From Parcubacteria group bacterium (lineage in GTDB: Bacteria > Patescibacteriota > Minisyncoccia > UBA10092): a DNA stretch of 64,000 bases. Positions within the stretch are counted from its first letter, which is position 1. The number at the start of each line of letters is the position of its first letter. The stretch lies in NCBI GenBank assembly GCA_016186325.1, contig JACPLW010000005.1, positions 17,191-81,190 of the forward strand. The letters are read 5' to 3'. Below the pieces are notes generated by a model, which worked only from the letters and a program-made list of their open reading frames with translations, was not told the DNA's origin and did not search any database. A program made the translations under genes and the position numbers. Positions 47,039 to 56,370 of the stretch are shown piece by piece.

Positions 47039-47851
47039 TTAATTATTGGCGCGACCAAGATTCTCATTTATTGCTTTTATGAAATCCGAAAGCCCTTCAT
47101 TGGCGCTTTCCGGATTATTTCCTGGATATGCGCGGCGCCATTCTTCAGAAGTAAGATCTTGCGCCAATTCTTTGGCTTTTTTAAAAGATTCCGCGGCAAC
47201 AGATTTTTTTTTAAGGTTTAATTGCGCCACGCCTAAGGCATTCCAGAGCCAGGGATTGTTTTCTCCCTCCAGTATTTCTTTTAACGCCATACTGACTATT
47301 TTTTCCGCTTCCATATATTTGCCTTGTTTTGACAAAACCCATGCCAAATCGTTATATCCGGCCCATTCACTTGGCGCCCACCTGGTGAATCGCCCAAAAT
47401 CTTCTCCAGCTTTTTCCAGGTCGCCCGCCTGATTTCTATACCCATAAATCAATCCCCGCACGTAAAGTGAGCGTAAATTTTCCGGATTAGCTGCCAGTTC
47501 TCTATTTATTTCTTCAAGCGCCCCGTTGTAGTCGCCTTTTACAAAAATAATCCGTGCCAGCTGATAGTGCCCCCAAAGAATTTTTGGATTTGCTGCGACC
47601 GCTTTTTCAAAAGCGATTTGGGCTTTTTTTAAATTGTATTCGCCTTGCCAAAGCGTGGCGCCAAAATAATAATTTCCTAAAAGCAGGGCAAAATCCGCGT
47701 CTTTACTTACCAGCCAGAGCGCGGCGTTCGGTTTGCCGTATTTTTGCCAGGCAATTTTTGCCAGGGCGTCCCGCGACAGCGCAAACCCCAAAAACGCAAT
47801 GACTCCTATTGAAAACCATAAGGGCCACTTATTAATTTTTAGGTTAATCAT
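47039..47851 (-). CDS. Membrane-anchored TPR protein
   Basis: N-terminal TM; TPR patterns (LG..Y, A...FEKA, W..LG.A). Confidence 0.8.
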   Translation of the reverse strand: MINLKINKWPLWFSIGVIAFLGFALSRDALAKIAWQKYGKPNAALWLVSKDADFALLLGNYYFGATLWQGEYNLKKAQIAFEKAVAANPKILWGHYQLARIIFVKGDYNGALEEINRELAANPENLRSLYVRGLIYGYRNQAGDLEKAGEDFGRFTRWAPSEWAGYNDLAWVLSKQGKYMEAEKIVSMALKEILEGENNPWLWNALGVAQLNLKKKSVAAESFKKAKELAQDLTSEEWRRAYPGNNPESANEGLSDFIKAINENLGRANN

Positions 47852-48909
47852 TCCAGTTTCAAAAGCTCAATCGTGAATTGCTCGCGATATCGAACCACAA
47901 AAATATTTTTCTCCGCGAATTTTTCGGTAAAGCTTAGATATTCCTCAAGATACTTTTTGGCGTTAATTTCATCGCCTTCCGCCAAATAAGAAAGAGCTAA
48001 AACCTGGGGACAAAAAGAATCAACGTAAGAATCGCCGGCAGGATCCGCTTTTTCGGCAACCGCGATCGCTTTACTATGATTTTCGCCGGCAGCATAAGCC
48101 GCCGAGAGAAAGCAATCCAAACCGCCGGCTTTTTTTATCTCGCCTTCGGCCAGAGTAAATTTTTTCTGACGGCCGTAATCCAAAGCCAAGAGCGAGTGAG
48201 CGATTCTGACTTCTAAAGATTGATCCGATAAATCCTTGTTTTCTACAACAAGCGCCGCATATTTTGAGGCGCTCGCGTAATCGCCTTTATATGAATAAAG
48301 GCGGGCTAAGAGCGTATGCACGCGAAACAGATTTCGCCCGTTAATATCGCTGGAACTGACAGCCGACGGTTCAATGGCGGGCAATAAAATATCCAGAGCT
48401 TCCTGCGGTTTGTTGGAACGACTAAAATAATCCAATGCCACAAAATACCGCGCCGCAAAAGCTCTCATTGGATTTAATTCAATGTATTTTAAAAATAAAG
48501 GCACCGATTTTTCATATTGTTTCAGCATGTAATAAGAAAAACCGGCATCATTGAGTGCTATTAAAGATATGTCCTTATTCTTACGCTCCAGACCGGAAGC
48601 AATCGCTTTTTCAAAATGAACTGCGGCGCCGGAATAGTCGGCACCGGGATAAAGTAAATCTATTCCCGGCGTCTCGGTTATTTTTCCCAGCGCAATTTTC
48701 CCTAAATAAAAATGCGACTCGGAATTTCTTGGATTGAATTTCAAAGACGCGTCCAAAAGCGGCTTTGCTTTAATAAAATCGCCTTTTAAAAACTCCGTTG
48801 CTCCTTGTTTTAAATAATACGCGCTTAGAAGCTGCGTACCGGCCAAAAAAATAAAAAGACCGGCTAAAACGACGATGCCCAGTCCAATCCATAAATTTTT
48901 TTTATTCAT
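47848..48909 (-). CDS. Membrane-anchored TPR protein
   Basis: N-terminal TM; FNP.N..SHFYLG, G..YY...Y..S...F...IELNP. Confidence 0.8.
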   Translation of the reverse strand: MNKKNLWIGLGIVVLAGLFIFLAGTQLLSAYYLKQGATEFLKGDFIKAKPLLDASLKFNPRNSESHFYLGKIALGKITETPGIDLLYPGADYSGAAVHFEKAIASGLERKNKDISLIALNDAGFSYYMLKQYEKSVPLFLKYIELNPMRAFAARYFVALDYFSRSNKPQEALDILLPAIEPSAVSSSDINGRNLFRVHTLLARLYSYKGDYASASKYAALVVENKDLSDQSLEVRIAHSLLALDYGRQKKFTLAEGEIKKAGGLDCFLSAAYAAGENHSKAIAVAEKADPAGDSYVDSFCPQVLALSYLAEGDEINAKKYLEEYLSFTEKFAEKNIFVVRYREQFTIELLKLE

Positions 48910-50314
48910 AATCTTTTAAACTCGTAAGCGAAGCCAAATGTTTTTTGGCCTCGCCGGAAAGTTTTTCCTGCCAATCCCCTGCAAGCTTTTTATATTCCGG
49001 CCGAAGCGCGGTATAAAATCCGGTAGACTCTAAAAGATAAGTTTCCTTTTGGCCGAAACCAATGGGACGCTTCGGATTTTCAAAACTCACCTCCACTGTG
49101 TCTCCGGGAATTAAATGGGTTTCTTTTTTTTCTTCTCCCCTAAGCTCGGTAGAAACGTCTCCCAACCGCGAGTGCAGCGCTTTTTTAATAGAAAGTTCTT
49201 CCCCAAATGCAGCAGTTAGATTAGTGGCCTTAGCAACTCCTATAAAACTAAGCCGGTGCCGTTTTGTAAAATCGGCTCTTACAACCAGCGAACCGTCTCC
49301 TGAAACCGCTTCTTTTGGCAAAGAAACAATCTCGGCGCCGTGCCTGAAACTTCTTGGTTTCTGAACTATAAGCGGAGTAAATTTCCCGGAAGAATTGCGA
49401 TAAGAAATATCAATTGACTTACTCGACATACTACCCGATCCTATGATAAGCGGCAAAAATGCCAAGCCTTCCGCCGGAAGCCAGCCCTTAAGGAGTAAAT
49501 AAAGTCCGCTAAAAACCGCAATTTTCGCAAAAGCGTAAGAACGAACAAGGGCGGAAAAGAAATTATGCTCTCTGGCTTTTTCGCCCGCCATATAGTCGCG
49601 ATATACAGAGCGCAAAACCAACAAAAGATTTTCATTTTTTGCGACACTTCGGAAGCCAAATTCAATTGAATCGCCTTTTTGAAAAAGGTCTTCGCGGCTC
49701 TCGGCAATGCTATTCCAAAGCCGGTCCTTTTTTTGGTTATAAAGATGGTTAATAGATTTTTTAGCGTTAAGGACTGAATTTGAAGGAAAAACGAGCTCTT
49801 TTTCAAATTCTTTCTTGCGCGCAAGATACGGCTCTTTTTTAACGGCATCTATAATTATTTCTTCATCTTTAGAGTGAACGATTCTTAAAAATTTAATCCG
49901 ATGGATAAACGATTCTTCCGGTTCAATTTCTAAAAGGCGCAGAGTTAGCGCTCCGTTGTATTTTTGAGGAGATGAAGAAAGTTTTAACATATCCGGCGCA
50001 GGAGCGCTCCACTTGTAGAAGATGTTAGCTAAGCCCGGTTCAAGCGTCTTGAACTCAGACGGGAGAAAGTCGTTTTCAATTTTGAATTCTTCACCGTCAA
50101 AATAAGCGACGTGGGGACAAGCCGTACGAGTAGTAGGAGCATCGGCATTGGCCTCATCCGCGCCAAACATACTTTTAGATAAAGAATCCTTTTCCGATGA
50201 TTTTTTCCCTTTAACTAAATTGGCAACATTAATAAACACCCAACCGAAAACCAAGAGCAGGACGAGGAGTGACGCTTTTAAAATAAAAGTAAAAGACGAG
50301 AAAAATTTTTTCAT
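48902..50314 (-). CDS. Exported hypothetical protein, candidate YcaO substrate
   Basis: TM signal, then ANA-DAPTTRTACPH; second internal hydrophobic hairpin; overlaps TPR gene. Confidence 0.6.
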   Translation of the reverse strand: MKKFFSSFTFILKASLLVLLLVFGWVFINVANLVKGKKSSEKDSLSKSMFGADEANADAPTTRTACPHVAYFDGEEFKIENDFLPSEFKTLEPGLANIFYKWSAPAPDMLKLSSSPQKYNGALTLRLLEIEPEESFIHRIKFLRIVHSKDEEIIIDAVKKEPYLARKKEFEKELVFPSNSVLNAKKSINHLYNQKKDRLWNSIAESREDLFQKGDSIEFGFRSVAKNENLLLVLRSVYRDYMAGEKAREHNFFSALVRSYAFAKIAVFSGLYLLLKGWLPAEGLAFLPLIIGSGSMSSKSIDISYRNSSGKFTPLIVQKPRSFRHGAEIVSLPKEAVSGDGSLVVRADFTKRHRLSFIGVAKATNLTAAFGEELSIKKALHSRLGDVSTELRGEEKKETHLIPGDTVEVSFENPKRPIGFGQKETYLLESTGFYTALRPEYKKLAGDWQEKLSGEAKKHLASLTSLKDYE

Positions 50315-50328
50315 ATACTTAATAATAT

Positions 50329-50372
50329 AGTATATTGGTTTAGGTTACTTTGTAAATTTATAATTATCCACA
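50329..50372 (-). promoter_or_regulatory. Promoter (TTTACA-16-TATACT) with DnaA box at 50364-50372
   Basis: TTATCCACA 29 nt from -10. Confidence 0.6.
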
Positions 50373-50384
50373 GAAGGTCGCAGC

Positions 50385-51098
50385 TTAACCTCTCTTCGGC
50401 CATCCTAAAGAAAGCTGATAAAAAACAGTTTCTTCTTCATCTAAATCAAGCTCTTTTTGGACAACCTCATAATCCACTCCGCCCAGGGCCAAAATGCCCA
50501 AACCCACTGCCGCTCCTATCAGATAAATATTTTGTCCAATATGGCCGGCTTCAAGCATCCCGAATTTATATCCCAAGTTTCCGTATTTTTTCATTGTTCT
50601 GTCGCCGATAAAAGAAAGAAAAATAAGCGCGGCGGCGTTTTTGGCAAATTCATATGGCAGGGCTTCCGCGATTTTAGAAACATCGGAATGCCAAATTTCT
50701 TCAAGCGCGTGCTCTTTAAAATTATAATGATACGCCCCCTTTTCCAAGTCCTCGCCGCGAAAAACAACCGCGTACAGCTCTACCGGATAGCGCGCCCCGC
50801 CCGATGGATATGGCCGATGTAAAATATTCTTCCCGTCTTCCGATTTATGAAGTATACCCATGCTCCAAAAAAGCAGAGTTCCGAGAATTTCTTTAGAAAC
50901 GGGTCTCGCGGAAAATTCGCGCTCTGTCTTTCTTTTTAAAATAGCGTCGGACAGTTCAATGTTAAGCCGGGCGGGTTTTGGTAGCAAAATTTTCAGAGAA
51001 CGCGGGTATTCCTTAAAAGAAACTGTTTTCCACTCGGGCGATTCCGGGTCAATCAAGGGGCGGTTTTTATTAAAAAAATCAAAAAATGAATCGCTCAT
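50385..51098 (-). CDS. SagB/McbC-type FMN-dependent azoline dehydrogenase (nitroreductase fold)
   Basis: KEYPR, R.T.R.F, RPYPSGGARYP.E.Y, KY...GY....LEAGHIGQN. Confidence 0.9.
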   Translation of the reverse strand: MSDSFFDFFNKNRPLIDPESPEWKTVSFKEYPRSLKILLPKPARLNIELSDAILKRKTEREFSARPVSKEILGTLLFWSMGILHKSEDGKNILHRPYPSGGARYPVELYAVVFRGEDLEKGAYHYNFKEHALEEIWHSDVSKIAEALPYEFAKNAAALIFLSFIGDRTMKKYGNLGYKFGMLEAGHIGQNIYLIGAAVGLGILALGGVDYEVVQKELDLDEEETVFYQLSLGWPKRG

Positions 51099-52489
51099 AA
51101 AAATGGATGAGGTATTGGGTTTACATCTTTTCTTTTTATTCCCGAATACCTAAAACGCTCGTCAAGATAAAGATAATAAAGTTCCGGAATTAAAACTTTT
51201 GTAATCTTAAGGCCGGAGTCCTTGGCGGCTTTAGTGGCGTAATCAACGCCGTAGGCCTTCATCCCGCGCACCATTAAAATTTGTTTAAGTAACTCCATTT
51301 TTTTTTGATTACTTGCGCCGCCAAATTCATTTCTTTCAATTTTTTTTATCGGGCCGTCCAAAAGAAAATCAACCTCTCTCATCCGCGACTTATCGCACCA
51401 ATAAACCCTTCTTTCTTCAATGTTTTCAATTAACGGCACTTTTTTATTGACCGCCTCAATTTGCTCCCGAGAAACCGAATTCCAGTATCCGGCCCGAAGC
51501 CCTTCCAAAAGAGAATGTATTATCGCCGACTCGATATTCAAATCGGCTCCGGCTCCAAGGAAAATAGCGGGCCGGCCGATGGCATTATCGCGAATAACGG
51601 TGAGCACAACTGGAATTCCTAAATCGGCAGTTATATCTAAAAGCGCGAAATCAATTTTATATCTGCGATATTCGCCGATAATTTTAGCGATAGTTTTATT
51701 GCCTAAATTTTCAAGACCGCCTATATCAATTTTTGGCGGAGTTATCTTATTCAGCCAGTGAATCATCAGGGCATCGCGCTCTATTGCTTCTAGAATTGCG
51801 TGTTCCAAGGCCTGCTCCCGCGATACTCCGGCCGCAGCCCCGTTGGTAGTCGTCTGTCGAATAAGCGGCTCCTCCGGCAATCTTTCGTATCCCAAATAAA
51901 CGAGCTGGGCGGGAACAAAATGTTTTTTATTATCAAATAAAGAATAACACGGCGCCCAGCCAAATCGTGAATTTTCATCAACTTGAAAACCGCGGAAAGC
52001 GCGCGGGTCAATCGCACCATTTGATTTTAATTCTTTCCACGAGCCATAAATGAAATTTCTTTTATCATAAAGAGTTAAAGAATGCCACTCAATTAATTCG
52101 GCAAACGCTTTGATTGCCGCCATATCGTAATTCAGAGCGTATCCGGAAGCGGTTTTACCTTTGCCGAATTTTAAATTCAAAGCCGGAACGCTGGGCCAAT
52201 CGGGTATCGGCTTGGGAAACGAGATTTGTTCCAATATACCCTCTTCATACAAGTATTTAATTAGCGAATGAAATCGCGGGGGAACACGGTCAAGACCGGA
52301 ATCGGTTTTCTTCACATAAATATTTTGGCCGTTTAATTTCTCTAAAGCAAGAGCCGTGCCTTTAAAAATGTGAACCAAAAACTCGGTTAAAAAACTATTT
52401 ACAGAAAAAGGCGGTCCAAGAGAACGCGCGTAATTTTCCCAAAAGTCGCCTAATCTTTCGGCGCGCAAAAATTCACCCTTGTTCTCCAT
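51095..52489 (-). CDS. YcaO cyclodehydratase-like protein (stand-alone)
   Basis: TTNGAAAG...AILEAIERD ATP-binding motif, VPAQLVY, C-terminal PIPHPFL; start moved to 52489. Confidence 0.92.
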   Translation of the reverse strand: MENKGEFLRAERLGDFWENYARSLGPPFSVNSFLTEFLVHIFKGTALALEKLNGQNIYVKKTDSGLDRVPPRFHSLIKYLYEEGILEQISFPKPIPDWPSVPALNLKFGKGKTASGYALNYDMAAIKAFAELIEWHSLTLYDKRNFIYGSWKELKSNGAIDPRAFRGFQVDENSRFGWAPCYSLFDNKKHFVPAQLVYLGYERLPEEPLIRQTTTNGAAAGVSREQALEHAILEAIERDALMIHWLNKITPPKIDIGGLENLGNKTIAKIIGEYRRYKIDFALLDITADLGIPVVLTVIRDNAIGRPAIFLGAGADLNIESAIIHSLLEGLRAGYWNSVSREQIEAVNKKVPLIENIEERRVYWCDKSRMREVDFLLDGPIKKIERNEFGGASNQKKMELLKQILMVRGMKAYGVDYATKAAKDSGLKITKVLIPELYYLYLDERFRYSGIKRKDVNPIPHPFL

Positions 52490-52540
52490 GTGTTTTAATT
52501 CTATTATCTTAATGTATTTATAACACCAAAAATAGACAAA

Positions 52541-53443
52541 ATGCAAAACATTTTAATAATCGGCGGTTCGTATTTTGTCGGGCCAATTATTATGGATAAA
52601 CTGTTAAAACAAGGGTTTGAACTTACTGTTTTTAATCGTGGCCGGGTAAAAACCGAGTATCCGGCCGGCGTTAACTTCATCCGCGGCGACAGAAACAACG
52701 GTTTCAATATAACCGAACACTTTGACGCAGTTATAGACATGTGTTCTTATACCGGAAAGCAAACACGGCAAGCAATTAAAGAATTAAAATTTGATCTCTT
52801 CATTCATATGGGAACCGCCGCCGCTTATAAAAAAACTGTCCCCTTGCGGGGGATCTCCCGAATGGAGAAAACTCTTCTGCTTACCGAAGATTCACCTCTT
52901 GGCGATTGGCCGCTTTGGGGCGATTATAATAAAGGCAAAGTGGAATGCGAAAAAGTTCTTAAAGAAAGCGGAATAAAATACGCCGCGATGCGTCCGGTTT
53001 ACATTCTCGGGCCACATAATTATCTTCCGAGAGAAAGCTTTATTTATTCAAAAATAGGAAAAAGCGAACCGATAATCATCCCCGGAAACGGCCACGCTTT
53101 AATACAACTTGTTTGGGCAAACGACGTCGCAGAATCAATAATAATGCTTGTCGAAAAAAAACTTGCGGGCGCCTTTAATTGCGCCGGAGATGAAACAATA
53201 ACGCTCGTTGATTTGGTTAAGATGATGGGGAAAATCGCCGGTCAAGAACCGGTTTTACGATTTAATCCGCTTACCGATGGAGAAAATTTTAACGATGCAG
53301 AATTTCCTTTTGCCAACGAGAATTTTATCGTGTCAAATGAAAAATTAAAAAGCGTCGATATGGTTTTTGCTCCCTTAGAAAATTTTTTGCGGGAAGATTA
53401 TGAAAACTACTACAAAACCGCTTTAATTGACATATTTGCTTAA
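52541..53443 (+). CDS. NAD-dependent epimerase/dehydratase family protein
   Basis: IGGS.FVG, GDR, YNKGK, RP.YILGP. Confidence 0.85.
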   Translation: MQNILIIGGSYFVGPIIMDKLLKQGFELTVFNRGRVKTEYPAGVNFIRGDRNNGFNITEHFDAVIDMCSYTGKQTRQAIKELKFDLFIHMGTAAAYKKTVPLRGISRMEKTLLLTEDSPLGDWPLWGDYNKGKVECEKVLKESGIKYAAMRPVYILGPHNYLPRESFIYSKIGKSEPIIIPGNGHALIQLVWANDVAESIIMLVEKKLAGAFNCAGDETITLVDLVKMMGKIAGQEPVLRFNPLTDGENFNDAEFPFANENFIVSNEKLKSVDMVFAPLENFLREDYENYYKTALIDIFA

Positions 53444-53496
53444 AAATGGTATTATGAACAAAAGAGGCAAAATCCCGAAGCGAAGGGAGAAAGCTA

Positions 53497-53934
53497 GTGA
53501 ACAGGCAGATTGTTCTTTCATTTGGGTGGTTTATAATATTAGCGGTTACTATCGGCGCCTGCGCTTCCGCGGGCTATTATAAGAACGATAGATTCGATAA
53601 CGACCCTATCTCCTACCTTGTCGGAGAATGGGAAGGCACTATCAATGCCGGAGAAAGTTCTCTCTCGACATTCAGAAAACTTACAATTTACCCGCAATCG
53701 GCAAATTCAACCCTAAGCGCGCATTACGGAATTCCGGGAACGCGCTGGCAGGGTCCGGCCCAGGTTTACGTTGAAACTTTCGACGGAAAAATAGGAATTA
53801 GATTCCGAACGGGATCAGGTTCGAGAATCGACCTATGGCTTGCGCGCATTGGCAATGACTTGATCCTCGACGGTACGTTCAATACACCATCGGGCGTGCC
53901 GTATCAATTTATGCTTACGAAAAAACGCGAGTAA
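53497..53934 (+). CDS. Hypothetical lipoprotein
   Basis: Lipobox IGAC; LVGEWEG. Confidence 0.6.
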   Translation: MNRQIVLSFGWFIILAVTIGACASAGYYKNDRFDNDPISYLVGEWEGTINAGESSLSTFRKLTIYPQSANSTLSAHYGIPGTRWQGPAQVYVETFDGKIGIRFRTGSGSRIDLWLARIGNDLILDGTFNTPSGVPYQFMLTKKRE

Positions 53935-53946
53935 AACCATTAAAAA

Positions 53947-53978
53947 ATCGCCTATGCCTATTTACGGGTATAGGCGAT
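53947..53978 (+). terminator. Hairpin after lipoprotein gene
   Basis: atcgcctatgcc-tatttacg-ggtataggcgat, T-run shortly after. Confidence 0.55.
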
Positions 53979-54014
53979 CAACTTTTTAATAAAGCAATAT
54001 ATCCAAAAAAGATT

Positions 54015-55016
54015 ATGGAAACAACAAAAATCAGCGTGGTAATAGCAACATACAACCGCGATCATCTCGTAACCAGAGCGCTTGCGGCTTTGGCCAGGCA
54101 AAATTTACCGAAAGGTTTTTTTGAAATTATCGTTGTGAACGACGGTTCTACCGATGGAACTGAAGAAGAAGTTAAAAACTTCATTAAAAAAAACACATCA
54201 TCCTACATTACTTTAATAACCCTTGAAAAAAACCTCGGCTCTTCGTTTGCCAGAAACACGGGAATACTCTCCTCAAAAGGAGAATTCATTGCCATAACCG
54301 ATGACGACTGCATTGTCCCGTCCGACTGGCTTTCTCAATTCTTGAAAGCGTTTGAGACAAACCCGGAAATCATTGCCGTCGGCGGATTTAAAAAACCGCA
54401 TCGCGATAATGGATTAAAACCGAGCCGCTACGACATTTTTATGTTCTGGCGCCGGCTTCCATTTATGAAAACAGAATGCAAATCTGTTGAAATGAACCCA
54501 TTTAACAACTGCGGAGATACGGCAAATGTGTGCTACCGGAAACAAGCGCTTGAGGCCGTCGGCGGCTTTAATAACGACATAAGAACATTTAACGACTGGG
54601 AACTAAAAATCCGGCTCCATCAGCTTGGTTCACCTCTTCTCTATCGTCCAATATTTATTCCGCATGAAGCTGATTTAAAATTCGGTAAATTTCTTAAATA
54701 TTGGCTTCGGCTGGGATATGATTGTTTTCTTATTTCAAAAATCCATCCGGAGCACCCCGTTTTCAATACTTCGCTGCGAACTACTTTGAGACGAATAATA
54801 GCCGGCGTATCACGTATTATAAAAGCTCCGAGTGATGAAATTTTTTCCCCCTACGGGGGATCCCCCGCCCGCTTCGCCGGAGCTTCAGCGAGGCGAGAAG
54901 GGGGACAAAAAAAAATTTCACAAACCCTATTTTTTATTTTTCTTGAAATAATTCTGAACACATGCCTGTGGCTTGGAAAATATATAACGCCAAAAATTAA
55001 AAAAGCTCTTTTATAA
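54015..55016 (+). CDS. GT2 glycosyltransferase
   Basis: SVVIATYN, DGSTD, ARN.G, DDD. Confidence 0.92.
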   Translation: METTKISVVIATYNRDHLVTRALAALARQNLPKGFFEIIVVNDGSTDGTEEEVKNFIKKNTSSYITLITLEKNLGSSFARNTGILSSKGEFIAITDDDCIVPSDWLSQFLKAFETNPEIIAVGGFKKPHRDNGLKPSRYDIFMFWRRLPFMKTECKSVEMNPFNNCGDTANVCYRKQALEAVGGFNNDIRTFNDWELKIRLHQLGSPLLYRPIFIPHEADLKFGKFLKYWLRLGYDCFLISKIHPEHPVFNTSLRTTLRRIIAGVSRIIKAPSDEIFSPYGGSPARFAGASARREGGQKKISQTLFFIFLEIILNTCLWLGKYITPKIKKALL

Positions 55017-56370
55017 CTATAGTAATGCGTTTTAAAAACGGTAATGATTTTATTTTTAAAAACGCCTGTTGACTGTAATAATCCATTATTTTTCTATCCG
55101 ACCGGCCCGTAACACCAAGAGCATTTGAATATCCCCTAAACGCCTGGTATTCCGCTTCAAACACGTGATATAAAATCGGCTTTTCCGGGAGGCGCTTTAG
55201 AAAAACGAGTTTTTTAATGGCCGCGGCGGCGCGCTCGCCGCATTTTCCATCGCTATAAGCAAAAATTTCTTCCCGCAATTTTTTTCTTGCTTCCTGAAAC
55301 TGCCGACCATCAGCTAATGCCTGTTCCAACGCGTTTTTAAATTCTACCGCTTTTTTAAGAGCAACAACCGAACCGTCTTCTTTTATCCTTTGTTCAATGC
55401 TCCCCGAATAAGTCAGAGCGCCTTCGGGCAGGCGGAATTTAAATGATTTTAATTTTTTGTGGCTTTCATTTAAATATTTTTCCGACAAAAAATCCGTAAC
55501 CACAACCGGTTTATCGGTTAAAACGGCGTCAAAAATTGCGCTGGAGTTATCGCTTACCACTACATCAGCAACTTTAAAAAATGGCTGGGTATCGCTTTCA
55601 TCCTGGAAAAGCAGAATACCGTCATGTTGCAACTTCTTTATACGATCAGGTTCTTCGAGCGGGGTATAATAATGGGGCTTTACCAAAATATTATAATACG
55701 ACGCGTTTTTCACGAGCTCCACGGCAAGTTCGTCTATGGAGGAAAGATCGCCGTGAGTCGGAAGATAAAGAACGGTTTTTTTTGAAGGGTCCAATTTTTT
55801 TTTAATTTCTGAAACCGCGTTTTTGTCCACGGCATCATTAAACCAATCGTCAAATTTCGGATAACCGACAATCTCCGCCCAAGTTAAGAATTTAATAATT
55901 TCATATACGCGCGGTCCCAGGCAAAGATACAGGTCCCAGTCCCTGTGACGAGACCAGAACATAGTGAGCTCTTTCCCCGCACCGTAATTCATATGAACTT
56001 TGCGCGCCTTATCGGTCTGGGGGATAACCAGACAGCCGCTTCTCCATAACCCCACCAAAGCTTTATAATTTGAAAAAAAATCCGTAAGATATCTTTGTTG
56101 CTGATAGTCCTCATAATTAAGAATCCTGAAATAAACTCCTTGTTGTGTCAAAAGCCGAACACAATTTTCAATAATTTCCGGCGACGGACGGAGTGGAAAA
56201 AACCGGCCGCAGTCAACGATAAACTCCGCTTCGTCTTTAAGGTGCTCGTATACATTCTTAAACACGTTAAACTGAAAAGGATAAAAAACAACAAACCCGA
56301 TTTTGGCGTTCGGATTAGGGCTGTCTTGGTACTTTTTATTCTCATTAAAACTAATTTCCATAGAGATCAT
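54997..56370 (-). CDS. CDP-glycerol/ribitol polyol-phosphotransferase (TagB/TagF-like)
   Basis: GYPKFD, LYLPT, VKPH, ADVVVSDNSSAIFD..L.DKP. Confidence 0.85.
   Translation of the reverse strand: MISMEISFNENKKYQDSPNPNAKIGFVVFYPFQFNVFKNVYEHLKDEAEFIVDCGRFFPLRPSPEIIENCVRLLTQQGVYFRILNYEDYQQQRYLTDFFSNYKALVGLWRSGCLVIPQTDKARKVHMNYGAGKELTMFWSRHRDWDLYLCLGPRVYEIIKFLTWAEIVGYPKFDDWFNDAVDKNAVSEIKKKLDPSKKTVLYLPTHGDLSSIDELAVELVKNASYYNILVKPHYYTPLEEPDRIKKLQHDGILLFQDESDTQPFFKVADVVVSDNSSAIFDAVLTDKPVVVTDFLSEKYLNESHKKLKSFKFRLPEGALTYSGSIEQRIKEDGSVVALKKAVEFKNALEQALADGRQFQEARKKLREEIFAYSDGKCGERAAAAIKKLVFLKRLPEKPILYHVFEAEYQAFRGYSNALGVTGRSDRKIMDYYSQQAFLKIKSLPFLKRITIVIKELF

Noticed and set aside
42446-50384. oriC suggested by DnaA boxes
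   Set aside because: Boxes are single and kilobases apart in short spacers, with no dnaA/dnaN nearby
50315-50384. Small RiPP precursor gene next to SagB
   Set aside because: The 70-bp spacer is occupied by a promoter and DnaA box; no Cys/Ser/Thr-rich ORF
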